Shown here: positions 53,181 through 64,000 of the stretch, piece by piece | How positions within the stretch are numbered: position 1 is the first letter of the stretch | Layout of the letters: each line of letters begins with the position of its first letter | Source: Paecilomyces variotii | Lineage: Eukaryota | Assembly: GCA_004022145.1 (NCBI GenBank) | Contig: RCNU01000019.1 | Reading direction: 5' to 3' (one strand) | Length of the DNA stretch: 64,000 bases | Notes under the pieces: generated by a model | What the model was told of the DNA's origin: nothing | The model's input: only the letters and a program-made list of their open reading frames with translations | The model's database searches: none | Translations under genes and position numbers: made by a program

Positions 53181-54010
53181 AGCGTTCTATGTTGACATGT
53201 TGATGCTTGCTCCGTGCAAAATTCCGCCATAACTCCGGCACTGATTCCCAGGCGTCTTGCATTATCCTCGGCAAACTCTTCCTCTTTATTCGTTCAACCA
53301 GTAAATATTTCACGCCCCCATTAGCGATGGCGAAAGGTGGCTGTTCTTTCTGCATTTCTTGGCTGTGGTTTCGATTCGTCGTTCTCTCAATAATCGCTAT
53401 AGATGTTTCTTAGCAGTGCATATGACAGGGTCACGATTGATGGGTAGATAGGTTATACGGGACTGGACGGCACGGTAGCACATGAATTGGATGTTTTATG
53501 CGAAATTAGACTTGAAGGGAAACGCGCCATTTATCTAGATGAACTGTGTGCATGGCATGCTTTATATCTCCCTCATTTCAAAAAGAATGATATCGATATC
53601 ACCCTCTTTCTCTACTATGAAGACTGAAGAACACTCCAGATGATTTCGGAAGAGTTACTCTGTATACACGAAGCTTCGTTCTATCGTTCTATTAGCTTTT
53701 TTCTTTCAATAAGATATTAATATCTATAACTAGTCCCTGACGCCAAATCCTATGCTGCTCGAGTGACACAAAGACCGCTGAACATGCAATGCCACCAGAC
53801 CATTCCCAATGCAACCACTCCAAACCTTGTAATCTAAAGTCTTTTGGTATCAAATGTAAAAACTGAAAGAAGGCTGGATGGACAAAAATGATATAATATA
53901 CCACACCACCAGAGCGCTTTTCCCCTCTTTTGAGTGCTTAAATCCCAGTGTCACGACAAGATCCCATCCTAGACAGGATAAGAAAATCGATCCACATATT
54001 TTATTGTTGA

Positions 54011-55042
54011 TTATAAAACCTCCACTTCCCCCCTCTCCCAACTCTTTTTGATCCCTTCCCATCGTACTACCCATACTTCACCCATATGCATCGTCGTACC
54101 GTATTCTTCCTCGAATCCCGCAGCCTCATCCGCAGGGATGAGAATGCTCACTTCCTCCACGAGACATCGCACGAATACGATCTCCTTCGTATCAGGCGCC
54201 TGGACCATACTCGTCCCGCCTGCGTTGTCGTCTAATCGACGTAGTCGCGGCGGGAAGGAGGCCATGAATGATAACCCGTAATGCTCCGCTAGGAGGTTCT
54301 GATGTGCGTGGATGAAAGCTGCTTCTTGTCGAGAAAGAGGGGATGTGTCTATCGCGGTTGAGGGGTCGGGGATGGAATCTTCTGGTTGTGCAGTAGTGGA
54401 TTGGGTTGATTGTTGCTGCTGTTGGGAATCACGCGGTGGGGAGATGAGAAGGAGGTAGTGCATGCTGTATTTGGTGAGTTTGGAGAGACGCTGGCGGAGA
54501 AAAGAGCGGATGAGGTATTGAGTGCGAGAGAGGTCGGTTTGGAGGATTGAGAGCTTGAGGTTTAGAGTCGGGTTGTTGGTTGTGCTTGTTGAGGGGTCGG
54601 CTGATGAGGCGGCGAGGTCTTCGATTATTTCGATCTGGGAAGATGTGGCTGTTAGTGTTTCTTCTTCTTCTTCTTTTTCTTTTTTTGCTCTTTCGCTTGG
54701 GAGTTTGATATGCGCATTCCGCGTTGGTATCCTTGTATCCTTTGAGGGGAAAAAAGGTTATGTCTACCACAACCCTCGTACCCCTCGCGCGAGCACAAGG
54801 AAAGCAGGAAAGAAAGAAATTCGAATAACTCTCCTGTACCGCAGAGCCATTATGGAGAAACTTACCTGCTTCCTAACCCTCTCCATCATCCGATCCATCA
54901 ACGGTGCCGGCCATGGCAAGAGTTCCGACACGGCGCGCTCCGCAACCCAATAGCGCGTCAGTTGCTGGTGATCAAGCGCGGTGGATTCAGGCGAGGAGTA
55001 ATTGTCGCGATCGACAGAGGCGAGAATGTCATCGATGTCCAT
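54011..55042 (-). CDS. SLD5: GINS complex subunit Sld5
   Basis: MDIDDILASVD, WVAERAVSELLPWP, QTDLSRTQYLIRSFLRQRLSKL; intron 54635-54865. Confidence 0.92.
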
Positions 55043-56309
55043 AGCGATTGTGTGTATGCTGCGATCCGGGCCGCATTTGGACCGGTACAGGAGGAATTGG
55101 GAGAGATCGATCGATTATTGAACGGAGTCGCAATTGAGACGCCCTGGTTTTGCGGGGTGGGCGGCGTTGATTGGGCCTCCGCTCGGAACTACTTGGACTG
55201 CAGATTAGAAACAGACGGGCTCGACTCTAATAATAATACCGCCAATCTGGCAGCTTTACGTTTCAATGTTTGTCTAGGGAAAGGAAGTGATTATTCTGTT
55301 TTTTGAATTTGTTTCCTCTATTTTTATTCCTCACTCAAGGAAAACATGGTTCCTATCAGTACCCTCTCACCAGGCTCACTGTTCACAATTGGGAAAGCAC
55401 TGGGATCGTAGGTTTCTATGTACAAGCTGCACCGCATATTATTATGCGATATTAGCCCTCATCGTCTCGCTCATATGCGGAAATGGGGATGGACTGGTAT
55501 CGACGTCAAACGGCCTTGTTTGGACGATCCAGAAATGAACGAGTAGCTGGTGACAGCAATGCTCCGCAAAGAATTGTACATGAACCACAAAAGGGAATTA
55601 GAGTTAAAAGGACGGTAAGGGGCATATAGTGCGCCAAAAAATGAATGTCAAGGAAATTCGTCTCTGGTGCGGTACCAGTCAGGATAACCCCAGCGGGCGG
55701 AGGGGTTCCAGCGTGAGGCGCAGGGGCGGTATGAGCGTATCTTCTTGTCGAGTATCAGGTAGTTGTGACAAAGGAAAAGAAGGATTGTAGAATGCTGGAT
55801 GATGGTGGGTCGACTTTAGTCATGGTGTGATCTTCACAAGGTCATCGAAGGGGAATAAGTGGCGTAGTAACATAAGAAAGAAGATATGTGGTGGTGAAGC
55901 TGTATGGTAAAGCGCTGATGACATAAGGATTCGAGATTGTGTATGAGAATTGACGCCATACACTGGCGAAGAGAGACACCCCGCGGTGAAAGCAGTTGTA
56001 TGGAATCAAACGTAAGAGTAATACCGCCCGTCACGCTCGTGACGATGTACAGGAGCAGTCGATATCGTCCTCCAGTGACGACGACTCTGGCCCTCTGAGG
56101 TTCAGCACTGGTTGGGGCCCGACAAATGGCCGTGTCAATCATTTCAACCCTTCGAAAGGCTGTGTAATGACAGAAGGCAAGTCGACTAGGCGCACACGAA
56201 TGGAAATATCAACCAGGTGGACCATTCGCTGGGTTTAAAAAAATGCGACAAACGTGAAGTCCATTAAAGGCGTGGCGCCGTAGAGTCAAATCTAAAGCCG
56301 CAATCGACT

Positions 56310-58171
56310 CTAGTAAGAAAGCATCCGACGACCGGGCATGCGACTGTGTTCTTCTCCGAATGGGGATCCGAGACCGCGACTACGATCTCCATGGCTTCGA
56401 CATCTTCCCGTAGGACTGTCCTCCATCTGTGGTGAGTCTTGTCCAAAGGCGAAGGTTTGAGCTCGACTGAACTTGGACCGTTGCTTAACTTTGCCAAGGC
56501 CACGTTCACAGTCATACTCATGGTTCTTGTCAGCCATCTCGACATAGTTTTGAGGATAACACAGCGATCGATGCTCAGCAAAAAAGGCGCTGTATCCCCC
56601 GTCCAAAATGTACATTTCCGGGTAAGTCAACTTTGGATATTCGTCAACATTGACCGCACGATCCTTGTGGCGGATATATTTCGCCATGATGGGCGCACGG
56701 TGGGCAGAGTACTCGCAATGGAAGACAAGCACCGTGCCCGGCTTGGGTTCCTTTTCGAATAGGATATCAGCAAGCTCTTCCTTGTCATTGTAATTCAGAG
56801 CTCCATTGATATGGCCGCCTTCGTACTCATACTCGAATCGACAGTCGATGATCATGAGATTCTCAAAGCGATCATTATACTTGCCATCAATGAGGTCCAC
56901 CAGGATTTTCTTTTCAATCCGTGGTAAGCAGTCGGGCTGGTCGTCTGGGACGAAGTGGGGAAGCTGCAGGCTGGGGGTAACTTCGATATCATTAATAGAT
57001 GGAAGGGGTGCATTTGTAGAATAGCCAGCATCATTTTCCCGCATCACGTCGTCAGGATGCTCAAACATGCTCAGAGACCTGCGGCATTGCTTGCGAGGAC
57101 GCATAAAAGGATTCCCACTCCTACGGATTGGGCCTGGAGCTGGAGAGCCATTGCTACGCGCATGTCCAGCGCCAGATCCGAAAGGCTGCCTAAGACGAGG
57201 AGGTCCCATGAGGCCACTGTTGCTCCTGGGCAAGGTCCTCTCCCGCTGGGGCGATTCATCGAACATGTCTCCTAAGGATGTCGAGCTGCCGGATGACAGT
57301 TTACTGCCCCCGCTGGAGAATTTGAAAGGAGGAGATCGGCTCTCCGGTGCGGGCTTCGGGATGCCTAGATGCGCTGAGTGCGCCTTGGTACGAGCCAGGG
57401 ACGGGCGGAGCATGTTGGAGCGTCTCCTTCTGTACAACCCAGGGCCTGTTAGACTATTTCCATCAGGCACTGGATTAATGGGGGAATCGGCTTACTCATA
57501 TGGGGCGTGCTTTGGAGCGTCAAGGGGAGACTCCTGCAACGGGCTGGGAGCGGCTGAAGACATGGGGGAATCGACAGTGCCCATGTCCGGAGTGGGAGAA
57601 GGGAGTTCCACCTCAGTTGACCTCGAGTAAGGAACCTTGTGCGGGAGGGGAGACATCTCCATCATGTCCATAATATCCATAGCAGGGGCGGGCGAGGATG
57701 CAGGCAGGGGAGGGGTGGTCATGTTCTCTTCTACTCCAGTGTTAGCCTTGAGCACAATTTGGTCTCCTCTTGCGTCTCCTACCACGTCCGCCTCCGGGTC
57801 CGAACAGGTTCGATGAGAACAAAGACCTGCGGGGTGTTGCTAATTGTGGACTGTCCCAGACGTTAGCACGGCTTTGTCCGTAAGAGCCGTTTAGTTTCAT
57901 GGAGACAGTGGACTGACCTTTGATCAATATGGAAATTTTGGGACAGATCCGCAGCAAGGCTGGCTGTCGGAGAAGATCCACGGACTGGCTTCATGTTGAA
58001 GTAATCCGCATGGCCTCTTTTCATGGAGAGGTCTTTGAAGTTGAAACTATTCGGACCAAAGCCCTTCACGGATCCAAAGGATGCATAAGACGTTGGTACA
58101 TCTGCCCGAAAGCAGTGTCCAAAATGCACAGAAGGAGGCTGCATAGCAGCCAAAGGTGAAGAGTGCTCCAT
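56310..58171 (-). CDS. CDC25: M-phase inducer phosphatase Cdc25 (NimT/Mih1)
   Basis: MEHSSPLAAM, SPTASLAADLSQNFHI, IIDCRFEYEYEGGHI, HCEYSAHRAP active site; three introns. Confidence 0.96.
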
Positions 58172-58357
58172 TATGGACAGAAGAATTGTCTAGGATTCAG
58201 CTGTCTCCCTTGGAATCACGGAATGACTGCAAAATGTCTGCACTGCAGAACCTGTAGCACCCTGCTAAGGATATGCAACCGTCCTTCCCAGCACCAACTA
58301 TTCTTTGTATTCATGTAACGGCAGTCACACTTGGTGTCTGCTCGTAAATATTATCCA

Positions 58358-58425
58358 GCTTTTTTTTTTCCTTTTTCTTTTTCCTTTTTCTTTTTCTTTT
58401 TTCTTTTTTTCCTTTTCTTTCCTCT
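58358..58425. repeat. Polypyrimidine/polypurine low-complexity tract upstream of CDC25
   Basis: About 65 nt made almost entirely of T and C on the + strand. Confidence 0.75.
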
Positions 58426-61400
58426 TGTACCTGGGGTGTATCTGACACCTCGTTCGTCCGTCCGAACACCCACAATCAACGAACTCCTCAATCCAATGGC
58501 CCACTGCACTCACAAGGGGCCCGGGGATGTCGAAGTCTGATTCAGAAAGACATGGCCGGCATGCAGCAATGGAGAAGAATCTGGGGTGCAGCTTGCAGCG
58601 GACGGTATGGAGGGGTTTCGAGGGGAAGAGCAAGGAGGATGGCGGAGGAGAGGTAGAGGAGATCCGGAACCGAGCCCGTCCAAGGGAAATCGACGAAGGT
58701 AAAAACCGACAGGACGGCGAGGAGAAGATGAGGAAGAAAGAGAAGAAAAGAAGCGTTGAAAAAGGACTTTGGAAATGGTGAAGCTGAAAGGGCAGCCCTT
58801 GTTGCAATGGCAACGAAAGTGGGGAGGATCTCCAGGTCCTGAGAAGCTTAAGCGACGACCAGAACCAGGGCGGAACAGGCTCGGGAACGACCAGCACGGA
58901 GATTCTTTGTCCAGGCACGGCCTGCTGAACGAGCTCGTCTTGCTCGCCCCGTTATTACAATCCTAGGGCTTCTCTAGGTGTATCGAGCAGACCTTCTAGG
59001 GTCGCTCTAGGGCCGCTCGTCAGCCCAAGCTCCCGGCCGTTGCTGTGCTCCCCTTGCCGCCATAAAACACACTACTGGCTGCTCAGCAACCATGAACTCA
59101 CCCAGAGCCTGTGAGAAGCGCCAACATGGATCATGCCCGTCTTGGGTCTGACTCAGGTGGGCGGCAATGATGTTTGCTGTATTAATGATGGTACTGCACG
59201 GCTGGCAGTTTGATTACCCAGGGACCGTTGACGGGAGATGTGATACCAGTGTTTACGGTCTACAACAACATCAAGATGTACCATATATCCGCTTCCAGGA
59301 GTCGGGTAGCACAGACAGACGTTTACTGCTGCTACTTGGCTCTGTTCGTTGTCTTTGGTCTCCAGAATATTCTTGTTTTCGGGGTCTCGAACCGTTCGTG
59401 TCTACTACTTGCTAAAACTACTACGTCTTACCATTGCCAGGTGCAACGAGATCCAAGCTAACGCACACAGTTTTAGCGACCTCCACCGGGTCCACTCTCC
59501 CTATGAGAAGATCTTTCGACAACACAGAGGAAAAGTCCAGACGAAACCGTCCACACGCAAGGATGGCAATCCGCCTCATCCCCGACATCTGTCACCGACT
59601 GCGGCCACTCGACTAGTGAAGCCTCCCTCGTGCCGCTGGGCTGCATGTCCCAACCAGGACTGCTCCTGAGCCGCTGGCTAAGAGGGACCCAGCGATATCA
59701 ATCACGATTCGTCCGTACCGTCGGCTTGGCGCCCGGGCAGGGATAGAAAGAACTGCAGTCATATCTGATATACGGACAACTATTCTACTACTCTTCAAGC
59801 GCTGGGTTAGCGGTCAATGGATATCATCGATCTGCAAGCGCTTACAGGACTTGAGAGGCTCTGCAAGAAGACTGGAGGTCCGCTGGAATACTTGCGCACT
59901 GTCCTGGGTTCGGTCCGTTCCTACGGGTACAAGTATGGACCATACAAGGAATTGAATCGCTATTCCACATTCTCCATACTAGCCCTCCCTCTCTTCGGGA
60001 AACCTGGACTTAGAGTGACGGTCTTAAAACCGCCTACGGGAGGGCAACTCTCTCAGAACGTGCTTTTAACAGCAGCTTTCGTTGAACTCGACTGAGGTGG
60101 AACCATGCTCTCAAGCAAGTTGAACGATTATCCTTGTTGAATTGCCTATTCTTGGTAGTAATTGTCTCTCTCAAAGCTCGTTGCAAGGCCCAAGACACAG
60201 GTCGACGTCATTGACTGGGCGATTTACTTGATTCCAAGCAGATGCTCCACTCCAGATTGCCTCTCGCAAGACTCCGAGCCTGTTATCCTATCCTCATCCG
60301 ATGGATATCGCGGAATGTGGAGGAATTGTGTTCTTCCCGATGTCGCTCTGGAAAGTACCTTATGCGCCTTGAGGCTTTGCGCAGAGCAAACCACCGTATT
60401 TGTATCCCACTCTTATGCGGATAGCCAGTTCACCGCGTGCTGCACAGAAGTTCCCCTCCCCCAGGTGCCGATCGATTTCAGAGCGCGACACACCCCTCTT
60501 CGGAGCATTCGGGACTTGTCCCAGATGGAGGGGTAGGGTCTACTTCCATCCTGCTCGTGGGCACTGTCTCTAACAAGACCAGTCTCGGTCTACGTCACGC
60601 GCCCGTCTCACCTGTGCTGTCCTCTCCCGCGTCTCCCCGCAGATGCATTGATTCACAGCCAGCCCAATGCAACGATAAGCAGGCTAGACAGTTAGGCTCG
60701 CAGCTCTTCCTACGCGTCGGGGCTCGACGACAACTCTCAAGCTGCGATTGCTCGGTAGCTCCGATCTGAAATGGGTCCCTGGTGGGGTGATTCGATATGA
60801 CAATGTGAAGTTGGTGCGCCATGTGCAGCCCAGGTCCCCTTGGAGCCCGCTTTCGTGCTATTCTTGTTATCGTGTTGTCAAGCCCCAAAGTCTAGCGCGA
60901 CCCAATCATGGCGTCAAGGTGTATCATCAGCGGCATGATAACCCCGCCTTTTCAGCTATCGGGCAGCTGGGCTGAGCGCCAAAGAGGGATACTTACACCG
61001 TCGGCTATCCCGAGATCAAAGATCTTGTGTGTAGAATTGCTGGTTGTGCTGCAATGGCAGCGTGCTGTGGTAAGTAACTTGATCAGACTCGCGTTGCGGG
61101 GAGAAGTAAACAAAGGCGGGAGCGACGCGACGTGATGCGGAGTCCCGTGACGAACAGATGACCTCAGCCGGCATCGCCAGTTTTTCCATCTCAAACTCGA
61201 TCGCTGCTAACTTGCTCTAAGCAGTAGATAGATTAGTTCACGCCTGTGATCGCATCATCGCGCACTCCATTTTTAGGCTTTCCCTGGCAAACCTTCTCTC
61301 GTCCAGCCCTGCGCCTCGGGCTGTGAAACAGGTCACCTAGTCCCGAACTGCGCGCGCTCCCACCACGATCGGCGCGCTAACGGATAGAATCTCAGCCCCA

Positions 61401-64000
61401 TGTGCCTGGTGTTTATCTCCAGAGTCCACGGTCTTTGTCTGCATCCTGTCTGTTGCGGGTTATCCTCAGCTTCCCACGATCGCCTGGAGTTTCCCTAGCG
61501 TGTCTACGTAGGCTGAAGTTGCGAGGAATTAGCCGATCTGGTCGGGCCGTCAAGTCCTCACCGACACCGTCATCTCTAGGGGTTTTCTCAGACTTATCAT
61601 CCTCTACTCGAGTCTGGAGCCACCAACAGGAATCAGCTGCGAGACAGATGACCTCGCAAGGAGAATTTCCGGTGGAGACACAAGTCTCTAATGGAAAAGA
61701 AATCATTAGCGGCAATGCGGATTATGAGGTATTGGGGTATGATCCTCTACCTAACCCCGAATTGGAACGTATTTACATATCCCTTGGTATTATCTTTCCC
61801 CCTTCTTTTCACTCTTTATCACTGAGAAACGAAAGCTTCTTGTAATGGAAGAGAATATCTTTCAGATCATTATTCGCTAGATCTGTTTCGTGCAAGGTTT
61901 GTCCATGAGTTTTTATACGGATGCTGGTACGCACTCAAGACCTGGGATCTGGAGCGGTACGCCCCAATATCATAATCCTCTGGATAAGATTGATGGCTTT
62001 GCTGCTCTTTCCAAAGGATAATCTTGAAACTTTCCCATCCATGTCGAGGATACATGACATGAGCGTATTATCTGCAGAGTCTACGCGCTCTACCTATTAT
62101 CCGTGTCCTCAGCTATAATGCAGTCAGTCTATCATATGGGTTGACGATGGTGACCATCCCCTACATGGGTCTCGCTGCGAGCTCTAAACATGTTTAGATG
62201 TGAGCAGCCCTGTAAACATTAAAGCGGGGATAACGGAATCAAGGACCTCGACGGATCGCAGCATCTGGTATAATGCAGTGTAGATACCTTTCACCGAAAT
62301 GTGACGGCGGAATCTCTCCGTTGTTTTCTTTACTCCATTCTATACGCTGCAACGCCACTGTTCCTAGACAAGCCAGTCCTCCCAAATCCCCGGGGTGAAA
62401 CCTAAGGACTAAACATTGATATTTTCTCGATTAAGAAAACCCCGCTTCTTGACCTACTATTGCACTTTATGTGTTGCGGTACTATTATCTATCCAAACAG
62501 CTATTGAGGGACCCGCCAGCACCGCCACTTTACTTTGTGCTCCTTGCTGTCTGGTCTGGCGGAGGTAAAGTAAACGTCCATCTTAGAGATCCTGCAGCGG
62601 ACGATCGGATTCAATAAAGGGATAGCTATTACTACTTGGCCTCTTTATGGTAAGCATGATGACCAACAGTATTAACTGGATATAATAATCTCAGAGAGCG
62701 GTGTAGTAATCCGAACAAGGCATGGTATCGTTCCACATTCGTAAATAGCTCCTTTTTATAAGTTACATAGTACGTAAAGCACTATTCAAATTTCACAGGG
62801 CATATCTAACAGCAAAGCAGAAGTGGCCTAGAAAAGACCTTGACATGTTAAACTTCTTCGCCAAGTTTAGATATCTTCATTATATCACATACCTCGACAG
62901 ACGGAAATCGGGAGTCGAGGATTTTTATGTAATCTACATATGACGAACGAAAGCTGCAGTCAGATTCCAGCAGGAAGGAACGAGGAAAGGACCGATCCGC
63001 TTCATTGAGACCTACTGTAAGCGATCCAGATTGTTGGATTCATGACCATATACGTAGATACTGGTACTGTACTATACTCAGAACTACCTAATCGCATACC
63101 TCCCCCTTTCCCCTAGCGCGGTACGCTCGGGACGACCCGTATCTCTTGCAGGAAGATAATAACTATTCCACTATACCTTTACTGTTAAGGAGTATTCAAA
63201 TCAAAGAATCAGATATCTGTCTCTTGACTAGATGAGACAGTACTTATTCCGAGCCATCTCCGCACTCATGCGTGGTCTCCTCCAACAGTGTGGTCAAATT
63301 GGTGGAAACCGATAAGTTGTTCACCATATTCACCCTTGCTTGATAGAGTGCGATTTGTTGTTCTTCGCTCATTGAAACCCACTTGAAGACATAGCGGCGA
63401 TGGAGTCTTCAGCGGTGAATGGCAGAGCGGTTGATTCCGGCGTTTAAGAAATAGTAATATGGTATATTCTAGGGTTAGTACACTCGATAATACTGCGGTA
63501 TCGAGTCCCATATGCTAGTGCATTGAGTGGGGGGAGGAAGGGGAATGCGGAGCTGCAGGTTCTAGTGCTTCCACTCTCGATTCAAGTGAGACTCGAGTCA
63601 GTAATATCGATACCTTTCCTTTTAGGTAAGATAGCAGTGGTGCTCAGTGCCGACTAGTCAAATGCTCATCTCTTGGCAGTGAATATTGGAACTATAGCCG
63701 TGGGTCGTCGATCTCAAGGTATCTGACAGTTTTGAAAAAGCTTTTGTGATGGCTGAAGACAGTCTTGACTGTCCAAAAAAGAATCAAGCCTGCTTGGGCT
63801 AAAATATCCGATTCATCCATCCATCTCCATCTAATCGCTTTTCATGTCTTCAATGCTCCACAATATAAGGTCACCACCTATGTCAGTATCGCCAGGCCGC
63901 CAAGTCCGAAGATGCCCGTATAGGTATAAACCCGCAACCCTTCCTTCGGCATCAGCAAGGGGGGAGGGGAATATGTCAGATACCCTTCCCCCACATTTTG

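Noticed and set aside
58325-58918. 197-aa minus-strand ORF with a Lys-rich end
   Set aside because: Translation of low-complexity leader sequence and the poly(T/C) tract.

Overview
Intron-containing filamentous ascomycete DNA (Eurotiales-like: Aspergillus/Paecilomyces relatives), mostly a housekeeping block. It holds THI4 with a 5'-leader intronic TPP riboswitch, an RTG2-like Ppx/GppA protein, an allantoate/nicotinate-type MFS permease, Ssr4, eisosome Pil1/Lsp1 (pilB-like), proteasome beta5 (PRE2), RPA135, ARL8, an RCR-like and a fibroin-3-like membrane protein, a secreted protein, DRN1/CWF19L1, UTP20, ZIM17, CUL3, SLD5 and CDC25 (nimT), followed by about 5.8 kb with no convincing gene. Three items stand out. 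(1) An HNH_2-like accessory gene between PRE2 and RPA135 whose first two exons are bracketed by a 59-bp, 57/59-identical inverted repeat (19593-19651 / 20555-20613), one arm inside an intron overlapping the branch site; the gene also has a 3' frame discontinuity. (2) A 287-bp hAT-type MITE with a perfect 8-bp target-site duplication (5794-6080). (3) The THI4 TPP riboswitch, with a UGAAA variant, a long P3 insert, tandem donors, uATGs and aptamer-donor complementarity. Gene identities come from recognising motifs in the translations; no database searches were run.
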